The notes below the pieces were generated by a model, which did not search any database, was not told the DNA's origin, and saw only the letters and a program-made list of their open reading frames with translations. A DNA stretch of 35,075 nucleotides from Chiloscyllium plagiosum (taxonomy: Eukaryota): NCBI RefSeq assembly GCF_004010195.1, contig NC_057760.1, positions 2,953,022 through 2,988,096 of the forward strand, written 5' to 3'. Numbering within the stretch: position 1 is the stretch's first letter; every line of letters starts with the position of its first letter. Made by a program: the position numbers and the translations under genes. This document shows positions 22,252 to 33,373 of this stretch, piece after piece.

Positions 22252-22545
22252 GGTAAAAACAATGACTGCAGATGCTGGACACCAGATTCTGGATTAGTGG
22301 TGCTGGACAGCAGGCCAGACAGCATCTGAGGAACAGGAGAATCGACATTTCGGACATAAGCCCTTCTTCAGGAATGGGTATCGTATTCCCAGTGCCCTTC
22401 CCCCAAATTCCCTCCCCCCTACCTTTTATCTCAGCCCGCTTGGCACACCAGCCTCATTCCTGAAGAAGGGCTTATGCCCGAAACGTCGATTCTCCTCCTC
22501 GGATGCTGCCTGGCCTGCTGCGTTTTTCCAGCACCACATTTTTCA
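22252..22545. mobile_element. Fold-back Penelope-terminus element
   Basis: Left arm is the antisense terminus. Right arm carries an intact CTGAAGA-A-GGGC-TTAT-GCCC-GAAAC-GTC at 22460-22487. Confidence 0.8.
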
Positions 22546-22832
22546 ACTGTAATACTGGGGTACAGTACTGGTGGGGGAGAGGTCTGGAGGTTGAGATGTG
22601 CTGTCCGCATGTGCAGATCTTCACTTAGTGCAGATTCTTTGTGGGGTACAAAGATATTGCCAAGTGTTTCATTTCTCACATATTTAACAAAGTACCAGCA
22701 TCATAGCAGTATGTCACCAAACTTGTTGGAAGCTGTGTGTGTGTGTGTACGAACAGGTTTGGGAGTGGGGATGCTGTTTGATCAGGGTGTTGCTGTCCGT
22801 GGTGGAAGGTGTATGTGTGTGTGTGTAGGTTT

Positions 22833-24952
22833 GGGGGCGGGGGTACTGTTTGATCAGGGTGTTGCTGTCCGTGGTGAAAGGTGTGTGTGTGTAGGTTTGA
22901 TCAGGGTCTCGCTGTCCGTGGTGGAAGGTGGGTGTGTGTGGGAGAGATGTGATTGTATGGTTGGGCTTTGACGCAGTGAGTGTTGTCAGTTGTCAGCACT
23001 TTCCCCAAGCAGCTATATTGCACAGGTCTTGGCTGTCTGAGGGAGGTAACTGGAGTATTCCAGTGAAAGACCAGGAGCAGAGAGCGGGCTACAGCTTTGA
23101 TTGCCTCTGCACCTTGCCCAGTGAGGGGAAATGTAGGGAGTGTTTGGGCTTTTTTAAAAAATGAAATCGAGGCCTCTCCTTTAAAAGCCTGTGGTCTATC
23201 CTCCCAGTTTGTTGGGCATTACCCTGGTACATACTGCTGCTGACAAGCTGCAGTTCCAGCCACACATTCTGTATTCAGTTCAGCATCTGGTACTTAGTAT
23301 GTGCAGCTCTCTGTTCCTGAGGTGGTGGGATAGGGGTGGTATACTCGATGGGGAGGTGACCTACCCCAGGGTCAATCCAATCCCAAACCTCCGGCCACCA
23401 ACATCACGTAGCTAATGCCACCCGAACACTGACCTCTCTGGTGTTTGCTACCATCTTCGGCTGTCGACCTTTGGCAGTGCCTTGTGCAGAAGGCCCTTGC
23501 TGGAATGATTGTCCTGTTGGGGCGAGTCTTGGTTAAAGGGATTTCCTCTTGAAGTCTCTAGTTTGCCCCATCAGGCACTGACACTGATGATGTTGAGGGG
23601 GGAGGGGAGAGAATGGTGGATACTGGTGGCTCTGCAGCCTTCCATCTTTAGCCCCAAAGGCAGTTTGATCTCTGGCTGGCTGGTTTGTGGAAAAGCGTCT
23701 TGGCCTCTTCCCCCCAGCCTCGCCCATGGCCATGGACCAGAGGAGCAGAGGCCAAGATACCAGCCCTGATCACTGCACGCCTTCCTTGATGGCTGCAAAG
23801 CACTGAGGTTCCAAGTGAAATCCGCAGGGGTCACCACACCAGCCAGGTTCATGTCTCATTCCCGTCGTAAGTCCCTCCAGCTGTGCTGAAAGGGGGGCGG
23901 GGGTACTGTTTGATCAGGGTGTTGCTGTCCGTGGTGAAAGGTGTGTGTGTGTAGGTTTGATCAGGGTCTCGCTGTCCGTGGTGGAAGGTGGGTGTGTGTG
24001 GGAGAGATGTGATTGTATGGTTGGGCTTTGACGCAGTGAGTGTTGTCAGTTGTCAGCACTTTCCCCAAGCAGCTATATTGCACAGGTCTTGGCTGTCTGA
24101 GGGAGGTAACTGGAGTATTCCAGTGAAAGACCAGGAGCAGAGAGCGGGCTACAGCTTTGATTGCCTCTGCACCTTGCCCAGTGAGGGGAAATGTAGGGAG
24201 TGTTTGGGCTTTTTTAAAAAATGAAATCGAGGCCTCTCCTTTAAAAGCCTGTGGTCTATCCTCCCAGTTTGTTGGGCATTACCCTGGTACATACTGCTGC
24301 TGACAAGCTGCAGTTCCAGCCACACATTCTGTATTCAGTTCAGCATCTGGTACTTAGTATGTGCAGCTCTCTGTTCCTGAGGTGGTGGGATAGGGGTGGT
24401 ATACTCGATGGGGAGGTGACCTACCCCAGGGTCAATCCAATCCCAAACCTCCGGCCACCAACATCACGTAGCTAATGCCACCCGAACACTGACCTCTCTG
24501 GTGTTTGCTACCATCTTCGGCTGTCGACCTTTGGCAGTGCCTTGTGCAGAAGGCCCTTGCTGGAATGATTGTCCTGTTGGGGCGAGTCTTGGTTAAAGGG
24601 ATTTCCTCTTGAAGTCTCTAGTTTGCCCCATCAGGCACTGACACTGATGATGTTGAGGGGGGAGGGGAGAGAATGGTGGATACTGGTGGCTCTGCAGCCT
24701 TCCATCTTTAGCCCCAAAGGCAGTTTGATCTCTGGCTGGCTGGTTTGTGGAAAAGCGTCTTGGCCTCTTCCCCCCAGCCTCGCCCATGGCCATGGACCAG
24801 AGGAGCAGAGGCCAAGATACCAGCCCTGATCACTGCACGCCTTCCTTGATGGCTGCAAAGCACTGAGGTTCCAAGTGAAATCCGCAGGGGTCACCACACC
24901 AGCCAGGTTCATGTCTCATTCCCGTCGTAAGTCCCTCCAGCTGTGCTGAAAG
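22833..24952. repeat. 1060-bp tandem duplication (22833-23892 = 23893-24952)
   Basis: Five identical ORF translations are offset by exactly 1060 nt; no differences seen by eye. Confidence 0.97.
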
Positions 24953-25686
24953 TGTAGTGATGGAACTATCGGAAAGAATGTGCATCATGGAAAAAGCAGA
25001 CTCTATGCATACGGTTTAAGAATGTATTGTCATGAGATTTGTAGCTATTACTGATTTAAGGTCCCTTTTTTGTATAACTTTTTTAAAAGATTATTTTTTT
25101 GTTAACATTACTGTTACAAGTTTTAAAAAGAAATTACAACAAATTTACATTTTACTGCTGCCTCATTCCTTTAGTTGTGTTGGGAAAGACCCAGTTTCTC
25201 AGGTTGTAGGTTAAGCATTATAATGTGCTGTTACTGTGGGTCAACATGGCAGCTATTTTTCACACAGCAGGATCCCACAAGCAACATGGAGATGAACATA
25301 GTGGTGGAGCAGCAGTTAGCCCTTTTAGTTCGTGCCCTTTAGGTATTGATTTAATCGAGCAGAATGGATGGAGCATTGACTTCAGTTTGCTGCAGAGATG
25401 GGCAAACCTCACTCTGAATCTTGGACAACAGCAGTCCTTGAGGTACCAGGGAAAGTTTGATCAAAGAGGTAAGGTTCAACATAAATTGCCTTTAAAGCTG
25501 GGAATGAGTTTTCGGGAGGGAATTCAGAACTTAGGGCCCAGGCAGCTGACGACATAGCCACCAACGGCGGAGCAATTTAAAACCTAAAAAGATGTCAGAA
25601 TTGGAGGGCACGGTGCTGTCACACATTTATAGACTGGAGGAAGTTTCAAAGGGGCTTGAAAGCAAGGCCAAGATCTCTATACATGA

Positions 25687-25945
25687 GGGGTGGCTCAGTG
25701 GTTAGCACCACTGGGCAACTGTGAAGTTTGCACATTCTCCCTGTGGGTTTTCTCCGGGAGCTCCGGTTTCCTTCCATTATCGCAAGGTTTGCAAATTAGG
25801 TGGATTGGCCATGCTAAATTGCCCATAGTGTCCAGGGATGTCCATGGGAAATGCAGTGTTACAGGGATAGGGTGGGATAGTCTTTGGAGGGTTGCATGGG
25901 CTTGATGGACCAGATGGTGTGCTTCCATACTGTTGGGATTCTCTG
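25687..25945 (+). mobile_element. Degenerate, internally deleted V-SINE
   Basis: ggtggctcagtggttagcac head, gtttgcacattctccc..ctccggtttcc V-domain, ggattggccatgctaaattgccc. Confidence 0.75.
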
Positions 25946-26477
25946 GTTTTTATTCTGTGGAGTTGTCGACTGAGTGCCATTGTGCATCAATGGGCAAAAG
26001 ATGAATGGGATTTGGAGTGATTGAGAGTTTTGGATGAATGAATCTCCATGGACAGTTGAAGATGGGACACTGGCCAGTGGACCAAATCAGTGTAATTGTC
26101 TCTAGAACTTAAAGACATCAGAGAGAGTTCTGGCAGCAGATAACTTGTAGCAGGAGATGGAAAATCAGAAATTGTGGCAAATACTCAGGGATGCAGATAG
26201 AGTGTGCTAGAGAAACTCAATAGGTCTGGGAGCAGCAATGGAGAAAGAAACACAGTTAATGTTTCTAGTCCAATACAATCTGCGCAGAAGGGGGCTGGAA
26301 ATGTGATGGATTTATTATGCTGCTGAGAAAGGGAGGTGAACCAAGTGGAACAGATGGGAAAACTGCCCAGAACTGAAGGAAAAGGATAGCAAATGGTCAT
26401 AGAGAAGCGATTATGGGTGAAGAGTAGGTGTTAATAGTCAGAAAATGGGTCAGCTCTGCAGAGAGCAAAACGGAGAC

Positions 26478-26828
26478 CATGGCCTAGTGATATTATCACT
26501 GAACTGCTAAGCCAAAGATCGAGGTAATGTTCTGGGGAGCTGTATACAAATCCCACCATGGCAGATGGTAGAATTTGAAGTCAACAAAAAGTTGGAATTA
26601 GGATTCTAATGATGACCATGAAGCCATTGTCAACTGCCAGGAAAACCTATCTGATTCACTAATGCCCTTTGGAGAAGGAAACTGCCATCCTTACCTGGTC
26701 TGGCCTACATATGACTCCAGACTCTCAGCACTGTGGTTGTCACTTAGCTGTACTCTGGGCAATAAGGGATAAACAATAAATGCTGACCTAACCAATGATG
26801 CCCTCATCCCGTTGAATGAAGCAAAAAA
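26478..26828 (+). mobile_element. tRNA-derived SINE with an L2-like TGAATGAA 3' end
   Basis: Head tggcctagtg..caaatcccaccatggcag; ends catcccgttgaatgaag-A tract; homologous to 15040-15375. Confidence 0.7.
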
Positions 26829-26954
26829 ACAAACAAGGCAATAGGAGGGGTGGGAATGATGAGAGGGGAGGCTAGATATCATGGTGTGAATTTGTGAAAC
26901 TCAGTTCTGAAGACTGAAGAAGTGCTTCATTTAGAAAATCAGGGCTTCACCAGA

Positions 26955-27112
26955 TCATGGAATGCCCTGCCAGTAGCAGTGGTGGACATTTAAACGGGCA
27001 TTGGATAGGCATATGGAGAATAGTGGGCTAGTGTAGGTTAGGTGGGCTTGGATCGGTGCAACATCGAGGGCCAAAGGGCCTGTACTGTGCTGTATTTTTC
27101 TATGTTCTATCA
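26955..27112 (+). mobile_element. CR1 3' tail fragment
   Basis: tggaatgccctgcca..gggccaaagggcctgtactgtgctgta..tctatgttctat. Confidence 0.7.
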
Positions 27113-27644
27113 CTGCTGCAGACCACAGAAATGTGGCTATATGAGCCAGGTGGTGGTGCATTGAATGGAATCATTCTTGGAGACACAAGGTGTTTGTTCT
27201 TAGTCAAAGTAGATGAGACCCCAGTGTGAGTAGTGAATACAGAAGACTAGATCATAAATAGTACAACTAACTTACTCCTTCAAGAGTCCCTTGGGAGCTT
27301 GGATGATGAGGAGATAAAGGTTCCACCTTCTATGATTGCATAAGAATATTGGGGTGGGGATGGTGAAGATGTGTTGGGAAGGTGAAGGACTTGATCAGGA
27401 TGTTGTGGCCTCAGGATGTTGGACAGTATCTAGAGATGGAATTAACAACCCTGCATCTCAACTGGCCAAAGTTAAAATTGCAACAGATTTAAAGAGCATC
27501 AAAGGGTGGTGAGAAAAGATCAAATCATACAGTCCATGATAGAATGAAAGATGGGTCACTCTAAATTAAAAAGAAACTGAGAATGTTAAGGGAACAAAGA
27601 AAGACACAAACACAGAGGTGCGGAGAAGTGTGAATGAGAGAGTC

Positions 27645-28058
27645 ATGAGAAAGTTACCTTATGAGGAGAGCTTGAGTATTCATTAGAATTTAGAAGAATA
27701 AGGGAGATCTAATACAAATATATAAAACTATGATGGGAATAGATAAAAGCAGGGAGGTTGTTTCCACTAGGAGGTGAAACTAGAGCTGGGGGAATCACCT
27801 CAAAATAAAATGGAACAGATTCAGGCACGAGCTGACAAGGAACTTCTTCACCCAAACGATTGTGACTCTGGAATTCCCTGTCCAGTATAGCAGCGATGAA
27901 TGCTTTTAAGATAGATTTTTGAACAGTAATGTAATGAAGGGTATGGTGAGCGGGCAAATAAGTAGAGTCCTTGAAACAATCAGCCATGACCTCAGAGAAT
28001 GGCAGAGCAGACTCGGTGGATCAAATGGCCTACTCCTCATGTTTCTTATGTTCTTATG
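27645..28058 (+). mobile_element. Degenerate CR1 LINE 3' fragment
   Basis: ttatgaggagag..tcattagaatttagaagaataagggagatctaatacaaatatataaa; tail aatggcctactcct..ttcttatgttcttat. Confidence 0.75.
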
Positions 28059-28384
28059 GAGGCAGCCCTACAAGAAAACGCGGTGAAGACTCAGGCGTGA
28101 AAGGGATGAAATAAAGCAGCAAGGGTTAATGCTTAGGGTCTAAAATTTCACATTGTATGAAGAAAGCTGTGAACAGTATCTGATGGGGGGCCATTCCTCC
28201 AGCTGGTGTGATGGCGTGCCCCGGGCAAGACTTTGTTGAGCAGGAAGGGGGTAAGACCGGAAAACAACAAATGCTGGCTCCATCCATGGAGAGACAGCAA
28301 GCTAACATTTCGAGTCCACATGTCTCTTCATCAGAGGTGGAGTGTGTAGGGGGGAGTCATGAAGTTACAGTTGGCGGGGAGGTG

Positions 28385-28854
28385 GGAAAGAACTCCCAAC
28401 CTCTGTGTGGCGCGAAGGGAAGGGGAGTGAATTCTCCCAGCCTCAGGGTGCCATGAGGTGAAGGGTGGATTGAGTGCTCCCAGATCTTGGATAGCACCAG
28501 GGGAAGGGAGTGGTGAGACCCCACAGCCTCTGGGTGTCATCGAGTCCTCCCAGCCTCTGGGTGTCGCTACGGGGAGGGAGTGTGAGTCCTCCCAAAGTCT
28601 GGGAGTCGCCAGGGGTAACATGGAAAGAGTCCTCCCAGCCTCTGGGTGTCGCTACGGGAAGGGAGTGAGAGTCCTCCCAACCTCTGGGTGTCATGAGGTG
28701 AAGAATGGATGGAATCCTCTCAACCTCTTGAGTGTCGCCGGGGAAGGGAGGATTCGGTCCTCCCAGCTTCTGGGTGTCCCCATGGGGAAGGGTGGATTGA
28801 GACCGCGCAGTCCCTGGGTCTCCCCAGGGGAAGGGATTGGAAAGACCCCACAGC
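28385..28854. repeat. Degenerate ~40-bp minisatellite (gagtcctcccagcctctgggtgtcg...), left half
   Basis: Recurrent core; the array continues at 30720-31060 after the Penelope insertion. Confidence 0.85.
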
Positions 28855-29356
28855 TGAAACTTTATTGCTGGAACAGCACAGCAGGTCAGGCAGCATCCAG
28901 GGAACAGAAGATTCGACGTTTCGGGCACATGCCCTTCTTCAGGAATGAGCAGAGAGTGTTCAGCAGGAGAAGATAAAAGGTAGGGAGGAGGGACTTGGAG
29001 GAGGGGCGTTGGAAATGTGATAGGTGGAAAGAGGTCAAGGTGAAGGTGATAGGTCGGAGTAGGGTGGAGGCGGAGAGGTCAAGAAGAAGACTACAGGTCA
29101 GGAAGGCAGTGCCGGGCTGGAGGGATTCGGCTGAGACAAGGGGAGGGGGGATGAAGAAACTGGTGAAGTCCAAGTTCATCCCCTGTGGTTGGAAGGTTCC
29201 CAGTCGGAAGATAAGACGCTCCTCCTCCGACCGTCGCGTTGTGGTTTGGCGGTGGATGAGTCCAATGACCTGCATATCCTCGGTGGAGTGGGAGGGGGAG
29301 TTGAAATGCTGTGCTACAGGGAGATTGGGTTGGTTCGTCCGGGTGGCCCAGAGGTG
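28855..29356 (-). mobile_element. Penelope-like retroelement 3' part: GIY-YIG endonuclease C-terminus plus terminal repeat
   Basis: HLWATRTNQPNLPVAQHFNSPSHSTEDMQVIGL..RRSEEERLIFRLGTFQPQGMNLDF is a PLE GIY-YIG end. Hammerhead-like motif at 28915-28942; AATAAA on the minus strand at 28861-28866. Confidence 0.9.
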
Positions 29357-30564
29357 ATGTCCATATCCCTTGAATTAGTTTTTAAAACATTTAACAGGTA
29401 TGGGAATCTGCATTAACTTTGGGGGCTGAAATCACGGGTGCACCAGTCAAAGCAACTGACATTCCATCTAACCAAGACACCCAGTGGGTTTGAACTCTTG
29501 TACCTTATTTGAACACATCAGTCATGATTCTTCACCACTGGTCAAAAGCAGAATGTCACAGAGGGTCAGGCCATCACTGGAGACCCATGGAAATGATTCC
29601 TGACAGCATGAGTGAGGAAGGAGACTAGTTGGAGAGGACAGCAGTTGGAATATTGAGTGATTAAAAGCAGAGGAAATCCACAGCATCTCTGCACTCTTGG
29701 AAGAGCCCCTCTCCACCTCTGAGCCACAAAAATTTGACCCCCAAGTATTTCTTTCAGTGCTGTTTCTGATCACTGTGTACTTTGACTCTAGTTATGTTAT
29801 GGGGGCATGTCGAGTTCAGGTTTCCCATAATGAGGAATCTTATCCTGCCCCTTTCCCCTACTCATGAAAACAGGATCAGTCGGAACTGAGGGTGGGACTT
29901 CTAGATTAGAGGTCCCATTTCCATTTGGACAAGCTGTAGTCTCCAAAAACAGAGTCCCAATCTCCAGTTTTATCTACACTCACTCCAGCTAATTTAATGT
30001 CCATTTTGTTTGTATAAACTGATAATGTATATTTCTTAATAGTGAAACAATAAAAGAGAATAATAAAGCACAAATGATTTGCATTTATTTATCTTTTAGT
30101 AACCTCTCATGGCAATTCTAATGTATTTATTTGTGAAATAAGCAAGCAATAATTTCATACCAAATGATTGATATACCATATACTAACTTTAATATAAAAG
30201 TTAACCAAAAACAAAAAGAAATTTGCTATCAAAATGTCAACAATACTTCTATTTTCCATAGTGAGATAGATGGATATTTAAACCAAATTACATTTGGAGA
30301 CATATCACAGTCCCACACGGCTCTCTAACATTAAAATATAGACCTCGGGCAATGAAGCTGAATAGGATAAAGTTAGGCAGCTCTGTCAAATCCTTGAGCT
30401 AAGATGAACTTTATGTAGTATTCTTGCCCTACCACAGGGGTGATATATTACTACTCAGAATGCAGAGTAGGTAAAATGAGACCTCATCAGCTTTCAAGTA
30501 CCATGCAGAATAATTGTAAAGTTTTTGAGGTGAGTAAGACAGTATTGGTAAAAAGCAGAGTCTA

Positions 30565-30719
30565 GGAGTCCGAGACTGTCCAGGTGAATTTGAGGTCGGG
30601 GTGGAAGGTGTTAGTGTAGTGGATGAACTGTTCAACCTCCTCGTGGGAGCACGAGGTAGCGCCGATACAGTCATCGATGTAGCGGAGGAAAAGATGGGGG
30701 GTGGGGCCAGTGTAGTTGC
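30565..30719 (-). mobile_element. Penelope-like reverse transcriptase fragment (catalytic YIDD motif)
   Basis: NYTGPTPHLFLRYIDDCIGATSCSHEEVEQFIHYTNTFHPDLKFTWTVSDS; RY(V/I)DD..N..HP.LKFT is a PLE RT signature. Confidence 0.9.
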
Positions 30720-31060
30720 GGAAAGACCCCACAGCCCCTGGGAGTCCTCCCAGCCTCTGGGAGTCCTCCCAGCCTCTGGGTGCCGCTACGGGAAGGGAGT
30801 GTGAGTCCTCCCAAAGTCTGGGAGTCGCCAGGGGTAGCATGGAAAGAGTCCTCCCAGCCTCTGGGTGTCGCTAGGGGAAGGTTGGGGGGTGAGACCTCCC
30901 AGCCTCTGGGTGTTTCCTGGGGGGCGGGAGGATGGATTGAGTCCTCCCAGCCTCTAGGTGTCTCCAGGGGAAGGCTGTGGTGAGACCTCCCAGCCTATAG
31001 GTGTCGCTGAGGGACGGAAGCCCTCCAGGCAGCTGGGGGTAGGGCGGGAAGCTGCAGTGA
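30720..31060. repeat. Degenerate ~40-bp minisatellite, right half
   Basis: Same gagtcctcccagcctctggg core as 28385-28854. Confidence 0.85.
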
Positions 31061-31785
31061 GTTCTTCCCACCGCGGCGAGCGCTGGAGGATGTAGTGAGT
31101 CCTACATTTTAAATATAAAAAGAATGAATCGAAACGAACTACGGAAGCAAACAAATCAAAAGCAGAAAGTGATGGAGAAACTCAGCAGGCCTGGCAGCAT
31201 CTCTGGAGAGAAAGTAGAGTCGACGCTTTGGGTCCAATAACCTTGCTTCAGAAATCCTGCAGTGAGTCCTCTCAGCCGCGGGGAGCGCTGGAGGGGAAAG
31301 GGGTGAGTCCTCCCGTCCGCGGGTTGCCGGCGGGAAAGACGTTAGTGGTAATGAGTCCTCCTGTTCGCGGGAGGCGCTGGCGGTAAAGGCGAGAGGACGG
31401 TGCAATGAGTCCTCCAGTGCGGAGGGGGCGCCGGCGGTAAAGGCGAGAGGGCGGTGCAATGAGTCCTCCTGGTCGCGGGAGGCGCTGGCGGTAAAGGCGA
31501 GAGGGCGGTGCAATGAGTCCTCCAGAGCGGAGGGGGCGCCGGCGGTACGTCCTCCGGGCGTAGTTAGCGCTGAGGGGGACGCCGTGACAGTGAGACCTCC
31601 CGGCGGCGGGGGGGCGCTCTTACGGGCCCTCCGTCCACCCGGGTGCCGGTGGGCAGGTGCCTTCGCCCGGGCAGGAGCCGGTGGTACACAGCGGGGCCTC
31701 GGCTGACAGTAGCCGGATGGAGCTTGAGGTGAGCAGCGACTCCATCAGCTGGGTAACGGTTTCCGAGGAAACAGGGGCCTAGCAA
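31060..31785. promoter_or_regulatory. CpG island, candidate promoter/first exon of the next gene
   Basis: Sharp rise in GC and CpG outside pure satellite. Candidate donors GAG|gtgagc (31729) and TGG|gtaacg (31753). Confidence 0.55.
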
Positions 31786-31789
31786 CGGG

Positions 31790-32860
31790 ATAGGGGCACC
31801 CTCCCCCTCCTGAAGGGGCTGACCCTCACTGGGGTACGGGGTCCCCCTCCCTCTCCTGAAGGGGCTGACCCTCTCTGAGGTACGGGGTCTCCCTCCCTCT
31901 CCTGAAGGGGCGGACTCTCACTGGGATACGGGGTCACCCTCCCTCTCCTGAAGGGGCTGGCTCTCACTGGGGTACGGGGTCACCCTCCCACTCCTGAAGG
32001 GGCTGGCTCTCACTGGGGTACGGGGTCTCCCTCCCTGTCCTGAAGGGGCTGACCCTCACTGGGGTACGGGGTCACCCACCCTCTCCTGAAGGGGCTGGTT
32101 CTCACTGGGGTACGGGGTCTCCCTCCCTCTCCTGAAGGGGCTGGTTCTCACTGGGGTACGGGGTCTCCCTCCCTGTCCTGAAGGGGCTGACCCTCACTGG
32201 GGTACGGGGTCACCCACCCTCTCCTGAAGGGGCTGGTTCTCACTGGGGTACGGGGTCACCCACCCTCTCCTGAAGGGGCTGGTTCTCACTGGGGTACAGG
32301 GTTCCCCTCCCTCTCCTGAAGGGGCTGACTCTCACTGAGGTACGGGGTCACCCTCCCTCTCCTGAAGGGGCTGACTCTCACTGGGGTACAGGGTCACCCT
32401 CCCTCTCCTGAAGGGGCTGACTCTCACTGGGGTACGGGGTCTCCCTCCCCGTCCTGAAGGGGCTGGCTCTCACTGGGGTACGGGGTTTCCCCCCTCCCCC
32501 AGGGGCTGACTCTCGCTGGGATACGGGGTCCCCACCCCTTTCCTGAAGAGGCTAACCCTCACTGGGGTACGGGGTCTCCCTCCCCCTCCTGAAGGGGCTG
32601 ACTCTCACTGGGGTACGGGGTCACCCTCCCCCTCCTGAAGAGGCCGACCCTCTCTCACTGGTGTACGGGGTCACCCTCCCCCTCCTGAAGGGGCTGTCTC
32701 TCACTGGGATACGGGGTCCCCACCCCTTTCCTGAAGGGGCTGACTCTCACTAGGATACGGGGTCCCCACCCCTTTCCTGAAGGGGCTGTCTCTCACTGGG
32801 ATACAGGGTCCCCACCCCTTTCCTGAAGAGGCTAACCCTCACTGGGGTACGGGGTCCCCC
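31790..32860. repeat. 46-bp minisatellite (cctgaaggggctgactctcactggggtacggggtcaccctccctct)
   Basis: About 23 units. Confidence 0.97.
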
Positions 32861-33042
32861 TGCCGACCTCTGGTTGCTCCCCCTGTTTCTTGCCCGACAC
32901 ATTTCTTCAGGTTTCCTATGTCTGTGGTCTCCTTGATCAGCTTGTCTGTCTTACCCACCCCTCCCTGCACTCCCTGCTGCTTCCATGTTCCCTGTCTACC
33001 TGACTGATGTCTGTTCGTCTCATCTCCATTTGCAGTGGAACT

Positions 33043-33373
33043 TTAGATTAGATTAAATTACAGTGTGGAAACAGGCCCTTCGGCCCAACAAGTCCACACC
33101 GACCCGCCGAAGCGCAACCCACCCATACCCCTACATTTACCCCTTACCTAACACTACAGGCAATTTAGCATGGCCAGTTCACCTGACCTGCACATCTTTG
33201 GACTGTGGGAGGAAACCGGAGCATCCGGAGGAAACCCTCGCAGACACGGGGAGAACGTGCAAACTCTACACAGTCAGTCGCCTGAGGCAGGAATTGAACC
33301 CGGGTCTCTGGCGCTGTGAGGCAGCAGTTCTAACCACTGTGCCACCGTGCCGCCCCCTGCCACCGTGCCGCCC
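33043..33373 (-). mobile_element. Full-length V-SINE (HE1-like)
   Basis: Highly similar to 4701-5008; the head tgccaccgtgccgcc is duplicated. Confidence 0.92.

Larger units (their letters stand above)
21470..22577. repeat. 44-bp minisatellite (gacaggtctgtcactgtataacactggggtacagtactggtggg), interrupted by two fold-back elements
   Basis: About 12 units up to 21986, resuming at 22215-22251 and about 22546-22577. Confidence 0.95.
20039..25200 (+). other. Probable 3' UTR / downstream region of CRTC2 (end not defined)
   Basis: Follows the stop codon. AU-rich UTR-like stretches at about 20530-20720 and 25000-25190. No canonical AATAAA seen there, so the end is a guess. Confidence 0.35.

Noticed and set aside
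31150..31255. Further hammerhead candidates in decayed Penelope termini (also about 26150-26290 and 28255-28335)
   Set aside because: Core residues are mutated or degenerate, so they are not counted as intact motifs.
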